From the NCBI RefSeq assembly GCF_003918875.1, contig NW_025765593.1, positions 62,001 to 126,000 on the forward strand: a DNA stretch of 64,000 nucleotides, written 5' to 3'. The notes beneath the pieces are model-generated. The model ran no database searches. It saw nothing but the letters and a program-made list of their open reading frames with translations, and had not been told where the DNA came from. The DNA comes from Haliotis rubra (lineage: Eukaryota). The position numbers were made by a program, and so were the translations under genes. Shown piece by piece: positions 1-14,488 of the stretch. Positions within the stretch are counted from its first letter, which is position 1; each line of letters begins with the position of its first letter.

Positions 1-32
1 CAGCGTATCTCCCTCAATACCGATCTGAAACA

Positions 33-420
33 CCAGCAACTGCTCTAAGTTCTGTTTTATTATGGCAACTACTCCATGTACTGTTTTACTATAGCAACTA
101 CTCCAAGTGCTGGTTTACTATAGCAACTACTCCAAGTACTGGTTTACTATAGCAACTACTCCAAGTACTGGTTTACTATAGCTAGTGCTCCAAGTACTGG
201 TTTACTATAGCAACTACTCCAAGTACTGGTTTACTATAGCAACTACTCCAAGTACTGGTTTACTATAGCAACTACTCCAAGTACTGGTTTACTATAGCAA
301 CTACTCCAAGTACTGGTTTACTATAGCAACTACTCCAAGTACTGGTTTACTATAGCAACTACTCCAAGTACTGGTTTACTAAAGCTAGTGCTCCAAGTAC
401 TGGTTTACTGTAGCAACTAC
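33..420. repeat. Intronic 29-bp minisatellite, ~13 units (CAACTACTCCAAGTACTGGTTTACTATAG)
   Basis: Direct tandem repeats; the pattern shifts 2 nt per 60-nt line, i.e. 58 = 2 x 29. Confidence 0.95.
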
Positions 421-1917
421 CCTCAAGATTATGATATTTATCAACTACAAACGTATAAAGCTGCAATGATTGATGGTTTACGTTCCGTGTTTTCTGATTT
501 TATGAAGATATTCAGTTTACCACTGTTTTGAAATGTCGGCTCGTTTTGTCCCATCGGAGTCGGACTTTCTCCTGACTCTGGTGACACATATCCCTCTCAC
601 TGTACACCGACTGACTTTCTCTCAGGACACTGAAGCCAGGAACTGATGTCTGGTTCCTTGTCTGGACCACATCAACTCCATCCGACGTTATGTCCGACGC
701 CAGCCCCGCCTTGTTGAAGCACCGGACTGTGGTGTAGACTGTCACAGATGACGAGTGGATCTTAGAGGCGATGTCATGTTGGGCTGTGGACTGACCTGGG
801 GGGACCCTCTCAAACTGTTTCATGTCACTGCTGCCTCGTGTCCTCCCTTGTCATTGAACAAGATACTAGTACATGGCGTACGTACAAGAAATGGTTAAGA
901 TGTTTGTATATATATGAATACATTAGGACTATGTTTAAATACTGTGACGCCATACTCGCTACACGTGGAACTGTTTCCATCTACATTCCATATAAATCTC
1001 AAACAGTTTATGTCCATTTACTATAGAAGAGAAAAAGCGCTTCATCCATAAAATTTAATTATACCGTATGGTTAAGTTTGGATTCCTGATAGGTTCATTA
1101 CACATATGTCAACCACATATTTTATCATTTGTGGCTTGCAAATGTCAGGAATTCCCTGAAATATATTTCATATTGAACATTCATATTGTATTGATTAATT
1201 TTAGGATTGCCTGAATTTGTGTCTGACATAAGATGTTTACTCTTTGAAAGTAACCACGAAGTGCACGTCTTGTTGCCATGGATCTTTCATTCCAGCGACT
1301 TTATGTTTAACAATACAGAAAATGCTAGCGTTTAATATTGTTGGCAATGAAGTACTCCACGTACCAATAGCCCAGTCGCAGTGTTCTACACCTGATTCTT
1401 CATCTCTGACTTGCCAGTAGACACTCACCACGCCTGATGTCTGATAGTCTTCATCTCGTCCTGGAACAAACGTAAACACTCAATCTGTGTCAATGAAGCA
1501 GCTAAATTACCACGTTACGAAGAACTCTTTCAATTATTGCATTTGATGTAATATTAATCCATCAAGAGTTGTAGACCTGCACGTTGTTTTTATTCATCTG
1601 ACATATATATAAATTTCAAGTTTTTACCATCCAGACCATCACTGATGAGGTCGAACTGTGGTGCAGTCATGTCTACTGTGATGGCGTTAGAGTATGTAAC
1701 AGTAGAGAGCCCAGCAGCATTCGTCGCCATGACAGTAATGTAAATAGTGGCGCCATGGAGCAGCTGCACATTAGACAGTGTTCCCTGTGTGGCTCGACCT
1801 AAGTCCGTGTAGCCCTGGACATGTGTACCACCTGGAGTTGTGCCTGAAACATAAGACCTTTTGATTACACGAACGCACAGAGTATGATATGATAAGTAAC
1901 TTATACACGGACTAATA

Positions 1918-2077
1918 TACTCAGGAAAACGAATAAGGGACCACCTGAAGGTACAAGTGTTCCTTTATTCTTTTCCAGGTTTCTTCACATGGTTTGTGTT
2001 GCACTGTGGGTGAAATTCTGGAAAAGAATAAAGTAACACTTGTACTTTCATGTGATCCCTTATTCGTTCAATGAGTA
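1918..2077. mobile_element. 160-bp MITE (TACTCA...TGAGTA) in a TA-rich site; copy A only at this position
   Basis: Long imperfect TIRs (gaataaggga..tacaagtgttcctttattcttttccag / ctggaaaagaataaagtaacacttgta..tcccttattc); absent at the homologous B site ~41770. Confidence 0.85.
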
Positions 2078-2162
2078 TATATATTATCATTGCGATAACG
2101 GTACACTGAAACAATGATGTGTTGATGAGCTCCTGAAAGATTAGAAAGAACTGTGTACACTA

Positions 2163-2292
2163 GTGAGTGAGTGAGTGAGTGAGTGTGTGTGTGGTGGTAC
2201 GCTGATTTTAGCAACATTCTTGCAATATCACGACGGAGGACACTAGAAATGTATTTTACACATTATACCCACGACGTGAACCAAAGCCGGGA
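2163..2292 (-). mobile_element. Decayed copy of the tRNA-derived SINE (homolog ~41855-41975)
   Basis: (GTGA)n tail, then tacgctgattttagcaacattc..atatcacgacggaggacac..aaat..cacatt.taccca, the reverse complement of the 23053 element. Confidence 0.65.
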
Positions 2293-2509
2293 ATCTATTT
2301 TGTCGCAATTCCAAATCTGGTCCTATGTCAGAGATTATGCTTTCCTCCCCCATCCCAAGTGATAGTCGTTGAAACAATACGCAATATTCAAGTTAACATA
2401 TTATTCTAGGATCTATAATATCGAACATTTACCATCTCACTATACTACACAGTGTTGCATTTACTAATTCAGAAAAGTCAGTTGAAGTAATGACAATATA
2501 TCTAGTTAC

Positions 2510-3268
2510 CAATCGCCCACTTGTACTGTGTAATAGGAGATTGTAGGTCCTCGAAGTGCCAGGAAACATGTAGAGATGACCAGTGAGACAGGAACACAGA
2601 GTTGACCACCAGACGCTCCTCGGTGTCCACACTGTCTGGACCAGCAACATAATCCACAGTCTGGACACTTACATGGTCCAGTACAAACTCCATCATCAAT
2701 GACGATGACGTTATCTTCAGCACTACACTGGTATCTACGGCTGTGAACCTGTATGTGTGTTTGTTCCAGAGGACGACTGAGTGATCTCCCACACTGCAGG
2801 TGCCTCTACAGAGGTTAGGGTCAAGGGTAAAGCTGAAGACTTCACTTCCTATTGTAACTATTGTATCAACTGGTCTTTTGGTGTTGGAAACAGTATCTGG
2901 GTATCCAGCATGCAGAGTCAGCTTGTACTGCCTCCCAACCTCAAGACCTGAGATCATTTGTTGGATGCTTCCAATTACGGACACAAACTTATGTCCATCT
3001 TTAGCTAAAGGTGAATCCGGCGCCTGAACCTTGATACACGACGCTGTGTCAGTTTCCCATGATGTTGGTATGACGAGGTTGCAGCTTGACGTACTTCCTG
3101 TAATATCGTCTACCTCGAAAGATTGGTTCTTCACCAGATTGTCTCCAAGATACGCTACATCCTGACGTTCAGGTGGAGATGCATCAACAACGACCCCATC
3201 AGAAACGACAACATCTGAGGTGTAACCAACAGCATCCACAGCATACACCTTGCTCCATATTCTTGTAC
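2510..3268 (-). CDS. Largest exon (759 nt), copy A: galactose-binding-like (CBM4/9- or DUF642-like) module between FN3-like repeats
   Basis: NLVKNQSFE..PTSWE..IQQMISGLEVGRQYKLTL..WNKHTYRFTA..LKITS..LDHVSV matches the NLxxNxxFE / Q..G..Y.L / W..F.A / .D.V pattern of jelly-roll carbohydrate-binding modules (recognised by eye). Confidence 0.65.
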
Positions 3269-6200
3269 CTGAACACAAGATAATGTCATCATGTGATAGA
3301 TATATATATACACATCATCCTATATCTAACATAAGTGGCACTAACATAATGTAGCGTTCTATATTCACTGACCATTTACGATTGGAGACAACAGGGACCT
3401 CCTAGAAGATGTGTGTAGTCCTATATCCAACCAGTCCAACACACTGCAATCTGATGTGTCGTTGCTTGTCCCCACACACCAAAAATACTTGATTATTGTG
3501 GAGTCTGTGTCCGAGAAGCCGTACCATGAGGCGGATGCTTCGGATGTTGAACTCTGGTAGTCCAAGTCATGGATGCCTGCATCAATATTCAACGGTATGA
3601 AAACATGCATTAAAGTTTAGTATACTGTATATATCATACCTCTGTTAATACCATATTAAGAGAGACGAAAGGATCTACAATATTACGAACCACGTCCATC
3701 CTTCACTCTGCCTGCCACTGGAGGCATGACGTCCACCTGTACTCCATCAGAGTAGGCCCAGTTGACCAGACCAGCCTTGTTGTAAGCCAGGACACTGCAG
3801 TAGTAGACGGTGTTTGGACGTAAAATCAGACCTGTCGCTGTATAGCTGGTGGAGGTCAGGTCCTCTGATTCGTGGATACTGTGACCTGCATCCGAATTGG
3901 AAAGTTATACGATGGTCTGTTTAAATAGGTGATTGCAATTAAATGTCATTTGGCAAAATTAGTCAAGAATGGGGTCCTCCAAATTCGACAGTTATACGAT
4001 TGTCTGTTGAATTATTGAATTGCAATTAGACGAAATTTGTCAAAGTTAGTATTCAAAATACCTCCTTGCACAGTGCTGATAAAGACCCTGTATCTGAGGA
4101 TGCCGCTCTGACCCTGAAGGAACTTTCCACTCCACTGGACAAACAGAGTTTCGTTCTGTGTCTGAAAGTCTGTATCTTTGGTGTCAGTTGGGTGTGCAAA
4201 CTCTTTCACCTGTGGTAACACAGCAGCGCTAAGTCACTCCATCTAAACACATTCACCTTCTACAACACTGAGACCAACGACAGCTCTGTAAAGACATGTG
4301 AACAATATAATAGCAGATACTTACAGCTTGGCCCATCTTGACTGTTACTGTGGGTGGTGCTGTTTGGATAAGGACGCCATCCGATTTGAAGATGCTGTTG
4401 GTTTTGTTATACCATGCTCTCACAAAGAAGTAATAGTTCACTCCAGATGTCAGAGACTGGCCTGCAAATCATCATGACACATATATCAGCTGTTTACGTG
4501 TATTCAGATTGTTGAAGTGCTATGTCGATTAGTGATTGAATTGATAACAACTGGTTATATGATCATGTTTGTGTCGTGTGAAGTTGTACACAAGTATGAT
4601 TCATTCTCACCTGCAGGTAATGACACAACAGCAGATGTTTGTAGACCTGCATCAAACCAAACCCTGTCGACTATGGCGTCAAACACTCCCGTTGGCTCAT
4701 CACTCTCTTCTCCTATACTGTATTCATATCTGTTCCAAAGGACAAATATTACAGACAACAAATAACAAATAGCACGTGCCAGGATGCATCTGCGACCTCA
4801 TGTACATATTACAAAGTATGCATAGCGTGTATAGAAAAGACTGCTTACCGTGAAACAGGTGATCCCCCTGACGAGTCAGTCCAAGTGGCAGCCATGACAG
4901 TGTTGAACAGACTGACGTCGACGTCATTAGAACCACCCGGAGACATGAGGTCCACTACGTCTTTGATTCTGATGTTTTTATCTGCTCCACCAAGATGCAA
5001 AGGGGTTGAAGTTTTCGTTAGAAAACGGAAATGAGGGTTTCTAGCAGCTAAACCCTTCCTGCTCTGTTAACCTGTTGTGAGTTTATGTACTGGACGTATA
5101 GCCATAAATGCAAGACACGTGTAAGAGATATATAGCTACGAAAATGACTGAAATGTGATATTAGGTCCTAATCCTTGTTCTGTTTGGTTTCTCTTTTCTC
5201 CACAAACCTGATTTGTCTTGTGTACATGCTTTACTGGCAGAACAGGTACCGCCCTGTACAGCACAGACACAATGGCCCTCACAGTTGTAGGCCTGGCACC
5301 TCCTCACCAGCCACAGAGTAGAATCTGCCTCCAGGACCAGTTCAGCGTGGTAGGCATCACTCTGTAGGCCAACCTAGAAGTAGCAGTGGATACAATCATG
5401 CTGTGAGTATCGGATATCTTCAGTTCACAAAGGTTTAGGACAGCGTCAAAGTACCTACCCCATTCACACCCCAGATAGCTACAAACACAGATCCTGATGA
5501 CGGCAGGGTACGAGTGTGTACTGTGAAACGTTGCAGGACTCCTTCATCACCCTTGTTCACACCCGAGTCACTGTGGAAGACCTTCTCATGTAGTGTACCC
5601 TGCAATAAACATATATTTGTGTATGTACAAGGTGGATCTTCCCTCCTTGTACATTTACAACATGTAACATTGTATGTATAAACAACTCGTATTTCTATTT
5701 ATATGGGTATTGCGATCGTTGTCTCAAAGAAATTTCTCACTGTATTGTAATCTGTTCCGAATTCGTGAGATCCTATTGTTACAAGGTAATGGCCCATTCC
5801 TGAATGTCGGTCAGAGAAGCCAAGCCACGCCAGGTTCAGACTGGTCCTGTTCCAAGTCATCCAGCCAGTCTGATGTCGTGGAAGTTTTACTGCATGGTCA
5901 GTTTCTATGGCGAACGTACCTGCAGATTAAATATTACATCATCATCATTACTATTATCGACGTCATCGTCCTGAGATTTCTCAGCAGAGTAAGATTATCA
6001 TTCATTGATCTGTTTTTTGGACCACAACAAAATCATACCTGTATTTGGTTTCGAGCTGTCAACCAAAATGTTGTTTGTGTTTGCCGATACACAGAGACCC
6101 GCCATATTGCACGCGGTAACCTTCACCTTGTATTTACTTCCATCATGCAAATCAAGGTTCACAAAAATGTATTCTCGGAGTAAACCAGGCACCTGGAATA

Positions 6201-6289
6201 CAACATACATGGATGAAAAGATGAACGCTCAGTATTCCTGTGTATTGACAATATTTCAGCTTGACATTACAAGACCTGATTATCCTTTG

Positions 6290-6482
6290 TTAAGCTATAT
6301 GACGGCGGTCTATACATAAACGATTCTGGACTAGATAATATAGTGATTTACATCATGAGCATCGATCTGCGCAATTGGGATACGGTGACGTGCACCATCC
6401 AAGTTAGTCCACCCGATCCCGTTAGTCGCATACCATTAGTACCGTTACGATAAATATGGGTTGTTGGAGACCCATTCTAACT
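6290..6482 (-). mobile_element. Decayed SINE family 2 (homolog ~45925-46112)
   Basis: gctatatgacggcggtc..catgagcatcgatctgcgcaattggga..cacccgatcccgttagtcgc. Confidence 0.75.
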
Positions 6483-8323
6483 GAATGCCAAATTTACTGC
6501 GTTTTATATATAAGACAAACCTTTACCTCAAGATTAGAACTATCTATCTCTCCAAGCTGGTGAGATGATAAGGAGAGGTATTGGCGTTCTATGGAGGACT
6601 CGGCGTCTTGGAACTCCCAGTGTAGACCTATAGCTGTCCGACTTACTGTAGTGTTAGGAACAAGGGACATTAACCTTCTCACTGTCGGAGGTGAAACCAC
6701 AATGGGAATGCTGTCATCCACCAGTACCCCATTAGACATGGCCTCTGAATAAAGCCCTGAAACATGATGCAGTGTTTGTCACGATTCTGTCCACCTGCTA
6801 CATCTACAATTCGACTGTTGTCGTCAACCGTCTGCAACATACCTGCTTTGTTGAATGCCCGGATAGTGTTGTACAATGTCCGTCCTACGGGCAACTGTTG
6901 GTCATGTGGCAGGGTGTGGAAGATGACCTCCCCCAAGGCTGCAGTGCGGGCTGAGAGAATGTCGTCAGCTCCTGGTTTTGTTCCGACACGCCATTCATAG
7001 TAATCTAATCCGGATTCAGGGTCGCTAAAGCCTCGCCACTTGCAACCAATGAATGTCCTGCAAAGAATACCAACTCTCTGTAAACACTGCATAGTTCCAA
7101 AGTAATTTAAAGATATTTCCATCAAGATAGAACTGGTTCTACTTAATCATTTCTACTAGATACTCTATTGTAATACCAAATACTCCTTATCACCTAGTCG
7201 CCTGGAACTGTATGTCCACGTCGCCTGTGCCATCCTGCACTGTTCCAGGAACTGGTGGGGAGCTGTCCAGGATCACACCGTCTGAGGTTGAGGAGCTGCT
7301 GCAGAGGCCTGCTGTGTTACAGGCTGTCACTGTGGTGAAGTACTTCACTCCAGGGGAGAGCAGGATGTGCTGGAGGCTGATATCTGAAATTAAATTGTAT
7401 CGATATATTTTTCTTGACATTATTTTAAAAAAGCACAGTCGAGAAAGCAATGAACAATCCTCACATTGATGTAGCCCTGTCTTGGCTTCTTTCATTTTGT
7501 CGTCAAATCCTGCGCAGGTTCCGACCTTGACCTTGTAAATGGCGACACTTGAATGAGGATCATCGAAGCCTTCCCAGTAGGCTGCCATCTCTGAGACACT
7601 GGTGATATAGTCCTTGTCTTTGTCATCATGTGAGGCAGCTGACTGTACTCCGTCATAGACGTGGCCAGTAGATGGAGGCGTGGTGTCCACAACCAGAGGT
7701 CGTGATGAGGACAGTGTGTACAGACCTGCACCGTTGATGGCCTGGAAGAAGGACATCAATAAGATTGACCGACATAAGTTAGGACTTCAGACCATTCTCT
7801 ATTTATTACAAACAAGTTTATATTATTATTTGAATCTTGAAATCAAAGACGATTGTCTGTTTAAGTGAGACAGACGAGACTCCTACAACCCAGCTACCTC
7901 AACGATCGAGATCTACGGAAGAACTAACACTCGGGGATCATTATGTGTCATCATTTTTTGTACACATGAAATAATAGAAGATAGAAACGTCCAAAGCTAC
8001 CTTCACAGTTATATAATACGAGTGACCATCCTCTGTTTTATTAAGTGTGTCAATGTCCAAACAATCCTCAACGGTCATCATGTACTCCGACACATCAGCA
8101 TACGCAAGTCTGGTGCCCATAGCAACGCTGTATGACTTTATTCCACTTTCCTCGTCTGTGAAAACGTTCCTCCAGCTGTGGAATATATCAACGCCGTTTA
8201 TTTTCCAGTGTAGAATATTACTCAATCAACATTTGCCTTGAACAGGAGATGAAATCAGACACGTCGTGTGACTACTTCAGTGTATGTTTTGTCCACCACT
8301 AAAGTAAATATTGAAACCTAAAT

Positions 8324-9199
8324 TATACGTGAATAACGAACTCGTGAGTAGCGAATTAACGGCTATAGCGAACTGATTTGCTACCCCCAAGACCCAATTA
8401 ACGACATGATTAGCGAACTCACTCAGTGTCAGCTCAGCCACTTAGCGGTACAGTATACATCAATCTTGTTGGCGGTGAATCAACATTGTTTGATGGTCAT
8501 TAATTAATTAACAAAACAAACATATCGTGTTTAACGAAAGTTTTCGTTGACGAGGACGGTATCCATTGCCCTAGTATGATTGGCTGCCTTAGGTCACGTG
8601 TCTGATTTTGACCAATGGCGATCCTTATAGCAGACTGTGGCGAAAAAGCGTCATTAGAAACCAATCTTTATCCAATAAAATCGCTTTTTACAACTGTGAA
8701 AATACTCTCGGCAAGGGTACAGTGATATTGTTGACGTTCCAGAGCTGTCGAACGATACCAGACACCACACGATTCGCCTCGCATGTTATTCATACGAAGC
8801 TTCGAAAACGGAGGTATTTCCCGTTGTTGTGTCATGTTAACGAACGGAAAGCCTGATTACATAAAAATGAAAATATAAAAGAAAAAGGCACGGGCATGTT
8901 ATGACATGTCACAAATGGAAAAAAGATCGCTACAGTTTTTGCTTCTTTCGTGGTTTATCTGGACATTATAAATGTAAGCTTGCATTTTCATTAAAAAATA
9001 AATGTATTTAAGTTGTAGTTGTATTATTTCAAGTTTTTTATAAAAAGAAACTTCATATTTATCAACATGATATAGGTAATGTCTGAGAATGTCTACATCT
9101 TTACAATCCAAGATGGCGGTCAAATGTGAATAACTAACAACGGATATAGCGAACTAAATTTCTTGGTCCCTTGGAGTTCGTTATATCCGTGTTCTACTG
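8324..9199. mobile_element. ~0.88-kb non-autonomous Tc1/pogo(Tigger)-type DNA element; copy A only
   Basis: Right end gagttcgttatatccgtgttctactg+TA (reverse complement CAGTAGAACACGGATATAACGAACTC); partly deleted left end ..aataacgaactc; empty site aaaTAttttga at ~47950-47960. Confidence 0.8.
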
Positions 9200-12100
9200 T
9201 ATTTTGATAATTAATGTGAGGATACATTAGAAGTATACCTAGCACACAAAGTTTATTATTCTGTATTGTACATTTGTGAATGTTACCCATATAAAACAAT
9301 TAGTTAAAGAATTCAACACATAAGAATAGTAATACAATCAACTGAAAAAGAAATCAGTGTTAATAGATCGAGCAAGTTTGGCAGCTATATATGAATGTTT
9401 AACGTTAATCCGACCAGAACTGGACATGTCAGCTTCAATAAGAAAGCCAGTACGTTATCTACAAATGCAGAGTTGTGGAAAATTGCTGCCGTTGTACAGT
9501 AATCTCTAGTTCTTGACAGATTTTGTGTTTAGAATTGAAAACATGTATTGTATCAAGAACAAATGCAGCCTATGTATTTATTGACTCAACAAGGTCGGTA
9601 AAAATATTATGAAATATATTTTCGTAAATGATGCTAATTTTGTTCGAGAACCCAACATATTAGCATCAACCTGTCCTTTTTTCCTTCAAAGGTTTCTTTG
9701 AAAACATTTGAACGAGCTCATATGCCACTTTCTCAACGTTACCAGACATGTATAAGACGTGATGTAATGTATCGTCCCTCCACGTTAATGTGTTGCCCTG
9801 TTAGTACTGGAGTTGTGGCGTCGACAAGGAAACCCCCTGATACAGCAACTGTTGTCTTCTTCACAAAATCTGTGGCTGAAAGAAATATTATTAAGAGATA
9901 AGACATTTCTTAAGAACTGAAGCATTTATTTTAAAACATAGCATAAGTTGAATGTATACCCATGATGTATTCATCCTGTGTCCAAGACATTGAAAAATGC
10001 ATTGATGTCACCTTTGTTAGATTTGAACGAAAGTTTCAAAACTGCCACAATAAACACATATTTAAGTCAGTCACGTATACCTGGCCCTGTTTTCCAAAAC
10101 ATGGAGTTTAGATGAACAAAGCTGAACTTTATCGACTTTCAGCTTACCTCTCACTAAGACATAGTATGTACTTCCAGTATGCAGGTTGAGCCTGTGTAGA
10201 ATGTACTTGTTTACATATCCAACACGGGTGTAAATGACAACATCGTGTCCACCAGGGAAAGTACCTGAAGGTAGAAAACATTTATCTATCAGGAATGTCA
10301 TAAATTTACCTGAGACAGTGATAATTGTCAAGGAATTAGAAATTGAATATGTTATATGGTAGAGCAGCATGAACAAATTGTTCAGTTCATTACCCACTGC
10401 AACTTCATAAAAGGCAATCCCAGCAGCATGAGCAGAGAAACCTTCCTCTTCCACATCAACAAAAGCGGTCCAGCTAATTGCAACTTCTGTTTTGCTAACC
10501 TGTACATGAGAAATATATCAATATCAGTGTACTTGCCCAAATCGATGGCTCTACTGTAGTTTCAGCATTGACCTCACACTAACAACCAAGTTACTTCATA
10601 TGCTGTCGAAACCAAGGGGAACATTATTTAAAAGAGTTCAGTTTACCTGAAATGTTCCGTCTATGAGGTTCTCGATGTTCACTGTCCCCGGTGTAGGTGG
10701 AGTCAGGTCGACAGTGATGCCGTCACTGCAGGCGTTCACTTCAGTCAGATGTGATGTCCACTTCTCAAAACGAGTGTTTTTGTCATCAGCATGGATGCAC
10801 ACATAAAATCTCCTGCCGTGTTCTTAGTAGGACAGCTCTGCAAACTCCACGTTGATGAACTCGTTCACTTGAAAAAAGGAAAAGATGAAGGCATGGATGA
10901 ATGCGACATCTTTTATGAACGCCAACACCGTAAGTTTTTACGAAAATTGTTAAAACACTAACTCACCTGTGTGTCCACACTTGATGACATCCGGCATGCT
11001 ACAGGGGTCAGTGACGGTCATCAGAGTCTCTCTCTTGTAGTGAGATGAGGGGTCCAACTGGTCACCTGCCACAACTGCCCACGTGTAGTTCCTGTGACGT
11101 AGCGTCGGCCACACAGCAGACAGGATGTTCTTGTAGGGAGTGTAGTCAGCATCATACCAGTGACTATTCTGATCTAAGGTTATTCCTTGACCAGCATTTT
11201 CGTTGTTTGCTCCTGTAATCAATCATAAATGTACCCCTGGGATGTTTCATCGACAGAACATTCAGTTCACTAGCCTTAAAACGTACATTTAACGAGGGAC
11301 TACACATTTTCCTGAAACTTATTGTAACTACGCACTTACTGATAACATCTAGGACAACTGCAGGCACGATATTTGGAGGATTATATGCTGCACATTCTTT
11401 GACATCTGCTGACACCGTTGTATGTAAACCAACGTGGTTGTAGCCCCTGACTGATACTCTTCTGCACTTGGTAAAGCGAATCAGTTTTGGCAGGTTTAGA
11501 GTGAAACTTATCTGAAGACAGAAGAAGAAAGTGGTAGCCAACCCATATACCATTTTGTTCACTGATATCGGAAAGGCATCAAAGGTATAAAGAATAGATA
11601 AATATTCCATGAACAATTTTACCTTGTCATCAGCCTCACTTTCAATAGCATCAGCATCCACTGTCTGCCAGTCTATCAACATTTTGTCGTTGTGACTGTC
11701 ATCTGTCAGACCCCACTCATATCTGTCAATGACGTCATAAGCTTCTTGTAATACTTTTATATCAGGATCACGGAACCGAGCCATCTTCACCTGGATCTAA
11801 AACACCATGCAATAAATACCATAATAACATAATACATTCAGATGGAAAGAAACGGAACGCTTGGAAAGAAATATGTAACTTGCCTGTGCTTGTCCACTGT
11901 CAGATTCCCGATACGTCAGCGATATATTGCCTGGTGTTGGAGGATGTGCTATGACAGTCACGCCATCACTGTATATGGGTTTAGAACATACATTCACTAC
12001 ACAGAACTTGACAGCAGCTCTGTAGGTTGCCCCTGGTTCTAGATGAAGACCGCTAGCCACCACCATATCCGATGTTCCAAGAGGCTCAAACTCTCGTTCA

Positions 12101-14211
12101 ATGTCCCATAGGTCAACTATGAGAATAAAAGCTGAATGGCCAAATTGCAACTTTTCAGTAGTTCATTATGCATTTATAGAAACGACAACCCTATTGCACT
12201 ATTGTATATGAGATACACAGTTTACAGTAAACGTTTTGTGGCGTTTATCTTACAATACATCTCTTCTGTTATATACAATGGTGAAATAATATCGCACCAA
12301 TGTAGAAGGAAGCACATTATGGATTAAACATGACCAGTACTTTACTGGATATATTTTTCCTAATTATGATACATTTCCAGCAGGTAAGTTTACAAGTTAA
12401 ATTGATTTAATAAACCACTCGGCCTGAGGACAATTGTGACTATGCTAATCTTTTGGTCATCGAGCGATCTTCACATACCAGTTCGAGGAACTTTCTTTTG
12501 CAAACTCCATTGTACATCAGGATAACTGAGCAGCCAGTTGCGTGTATCCCAGTGGGCCGCATATGATGAAGTAGATACTTGGTATGTGTTATCTCGTGAA
12601 CATCTCTGTTAAGACATTCATCAATACATTTAACCTCTCACATAGAAGACCACAAGTGTAGCGACTTTGCAGCACACAAGCAATATGTTACTTATATGGC
12701 TGAGGATATTATTTCATGAGCGTGAGGGACACGCAATTGTATTTCAAAGCGATCGAGGAATATATACAAACACTGACTCAAGTATCGTAAAATCGTGAGG
12801 ATACACGTTATAAAATCTTCATAAGAGACACTTCGTCGGTGCGCTTCGCAAACATTGTTTGATAAACACATTCTGACGGAGTAGGAATTTATGTTATGAA
12901 TATGTAAATGATTTTCTTTTTTTGTTTACTGTCGAGATGTGTCGACTTCCATACTGAATGCCTTGTTGATTACCTAACCCGGCGACATAGACTGTGACGG
13001 CGTTGTGACGTGCATGTTGCGAAACGTATGCACAAAATATCCAGGTAAACGGCTAATATGTGCAAGGCTATACCTTGATCACATGCACAACAGCCTACTA
13101 AATCCAGTTACGTAATATCTCACTCACCGTCTGGTTTACTGCACTTCGGAGACCACCATTCACTAAAATCAAATTTCGTCGAAAACTCAATTCACTCACA
13201 ACTAAGAGCATGAATTGACTTTCTAGTAGATTTTAGTTCACATTAGTTCAGTAAGCCTAATAAGAATCCTGCGGTTTTATCATTTTTAAAGTGTATCAAA
13301 ATAAACAACAGAGCTTCTGAAACTAATATTTCTAATTATAAAACATTCGTTCGTTCAATAGTGTTTTGTGCTGAAAAGCCATGTCTTTTATCATTTCCCA
13401 TAGAAACTGTCAGACTTGCAGAATTATAGAATTACGTGTTAAATTTTTATCATGTCGGACAATTTGAAACTAGTCCTTATCATACGGTTAAGGTTAAAAC
13501 ATTTGAGTTGCAAAATCTGAAATCATATATTTCAGAATCATTATAATCATAAAGTATATGCAACATTTTAATGCAATTTTTCGTCATCCATGACAACTAC
13601 AACAAATACCATAATCACTGCATCCTAGGCCATCTCTGACAATGACATCTGTGATGTCAACATTGGGCCTGATGATCGTCACACCGTCAGAGGACACCGT
13701 CACGTCTCCACCGCCATCGGTAGCAGCCATGACAGTCACAAAATACTTCTGAAATTAGACAGAGGCGCCACGTCATTGTACATATACAATCCTGTAAACA
13801 ACAGAACAAATTCATAGTTTGCAAGTGTTTCAATCAACATCAGTTTACCAACCGTTTTCCAATGCAGGCTCAAACCAGTGAAAGAATGTAAGGTTGCACT
13901 TCCAACATAGACATGCGCCTGAAAATCTGTTGTAAATGGCTGAGACCCAATTCCAACCGTGTACGTAATGGCAGTTATTCCATTGTCAAATCCATACCAT
14001 CTCGCTGTTAATGTTCGTGTTGATATTTGGTAGTCTGTGTCATCAGTACGCTGAAAGTATACAGACATATTTATGTCTTCCATGGTCATCTCACATGCTA
14101 CAGGGACGATGTGTTTGTCGAGTATATAAAACAAACATTAATAATGTTGGGCCATTTTCGAAATTAGCTTTGATTGACCTGACCTGGTTAGAACACCACG
14201 AACGCATAGTA

Positions 14212-14456
14212 AGTGAGTGAGTGAGTATAGTTTTACGCCGCGCTTAGCAACATCCCAGCTATATGACGGCGGTCTGTAAATAATCGAGTCTGGACCAGAC
14301 AATCCAGTGATCAACAGCATGAGCATCGATCTACGCAATTGGGAATCGATGACATGTGTCAACCAAGACAGCGAGCCTGACCACCCGATCCCGTTTGTCG
14401 CCTTTTATGACAAGCATGGGTTACTGAAGGCTCATTCTAACCCGAACCTTCACGGG
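14212..14456 (-). mobile_element. SINE family 2 (~245 bp, same 3' tail), 14-bp TSD
   Basis: gagtgagt..tttacgccgc..cagctatatgacggcggtctgtaaataatcgagtctggaccagac..cttcacggg flanked by acg(a/c)acgcatagta. Confidence 0.85.
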
Positions 14457-14488
14457 TACGCACGCATAGTATCACCCGTAGGAGAATA

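Noticed and set aside
4982-4995. Apparent loss of a splice acceptor (cttg|GTGGAGCAG)
   Set aside because: A usable in-phase AG exists 9 nt downstream (gagcag|AT AAA) in both copies, so it is not counted as a lesion.
5674-6319. Plus-strand ORFs (and most other plus-strand ORFs in the track)
   Set aside because: Antisense shadows of minus-strand exons, or TE/intron read-through, with no protein-like motifs.
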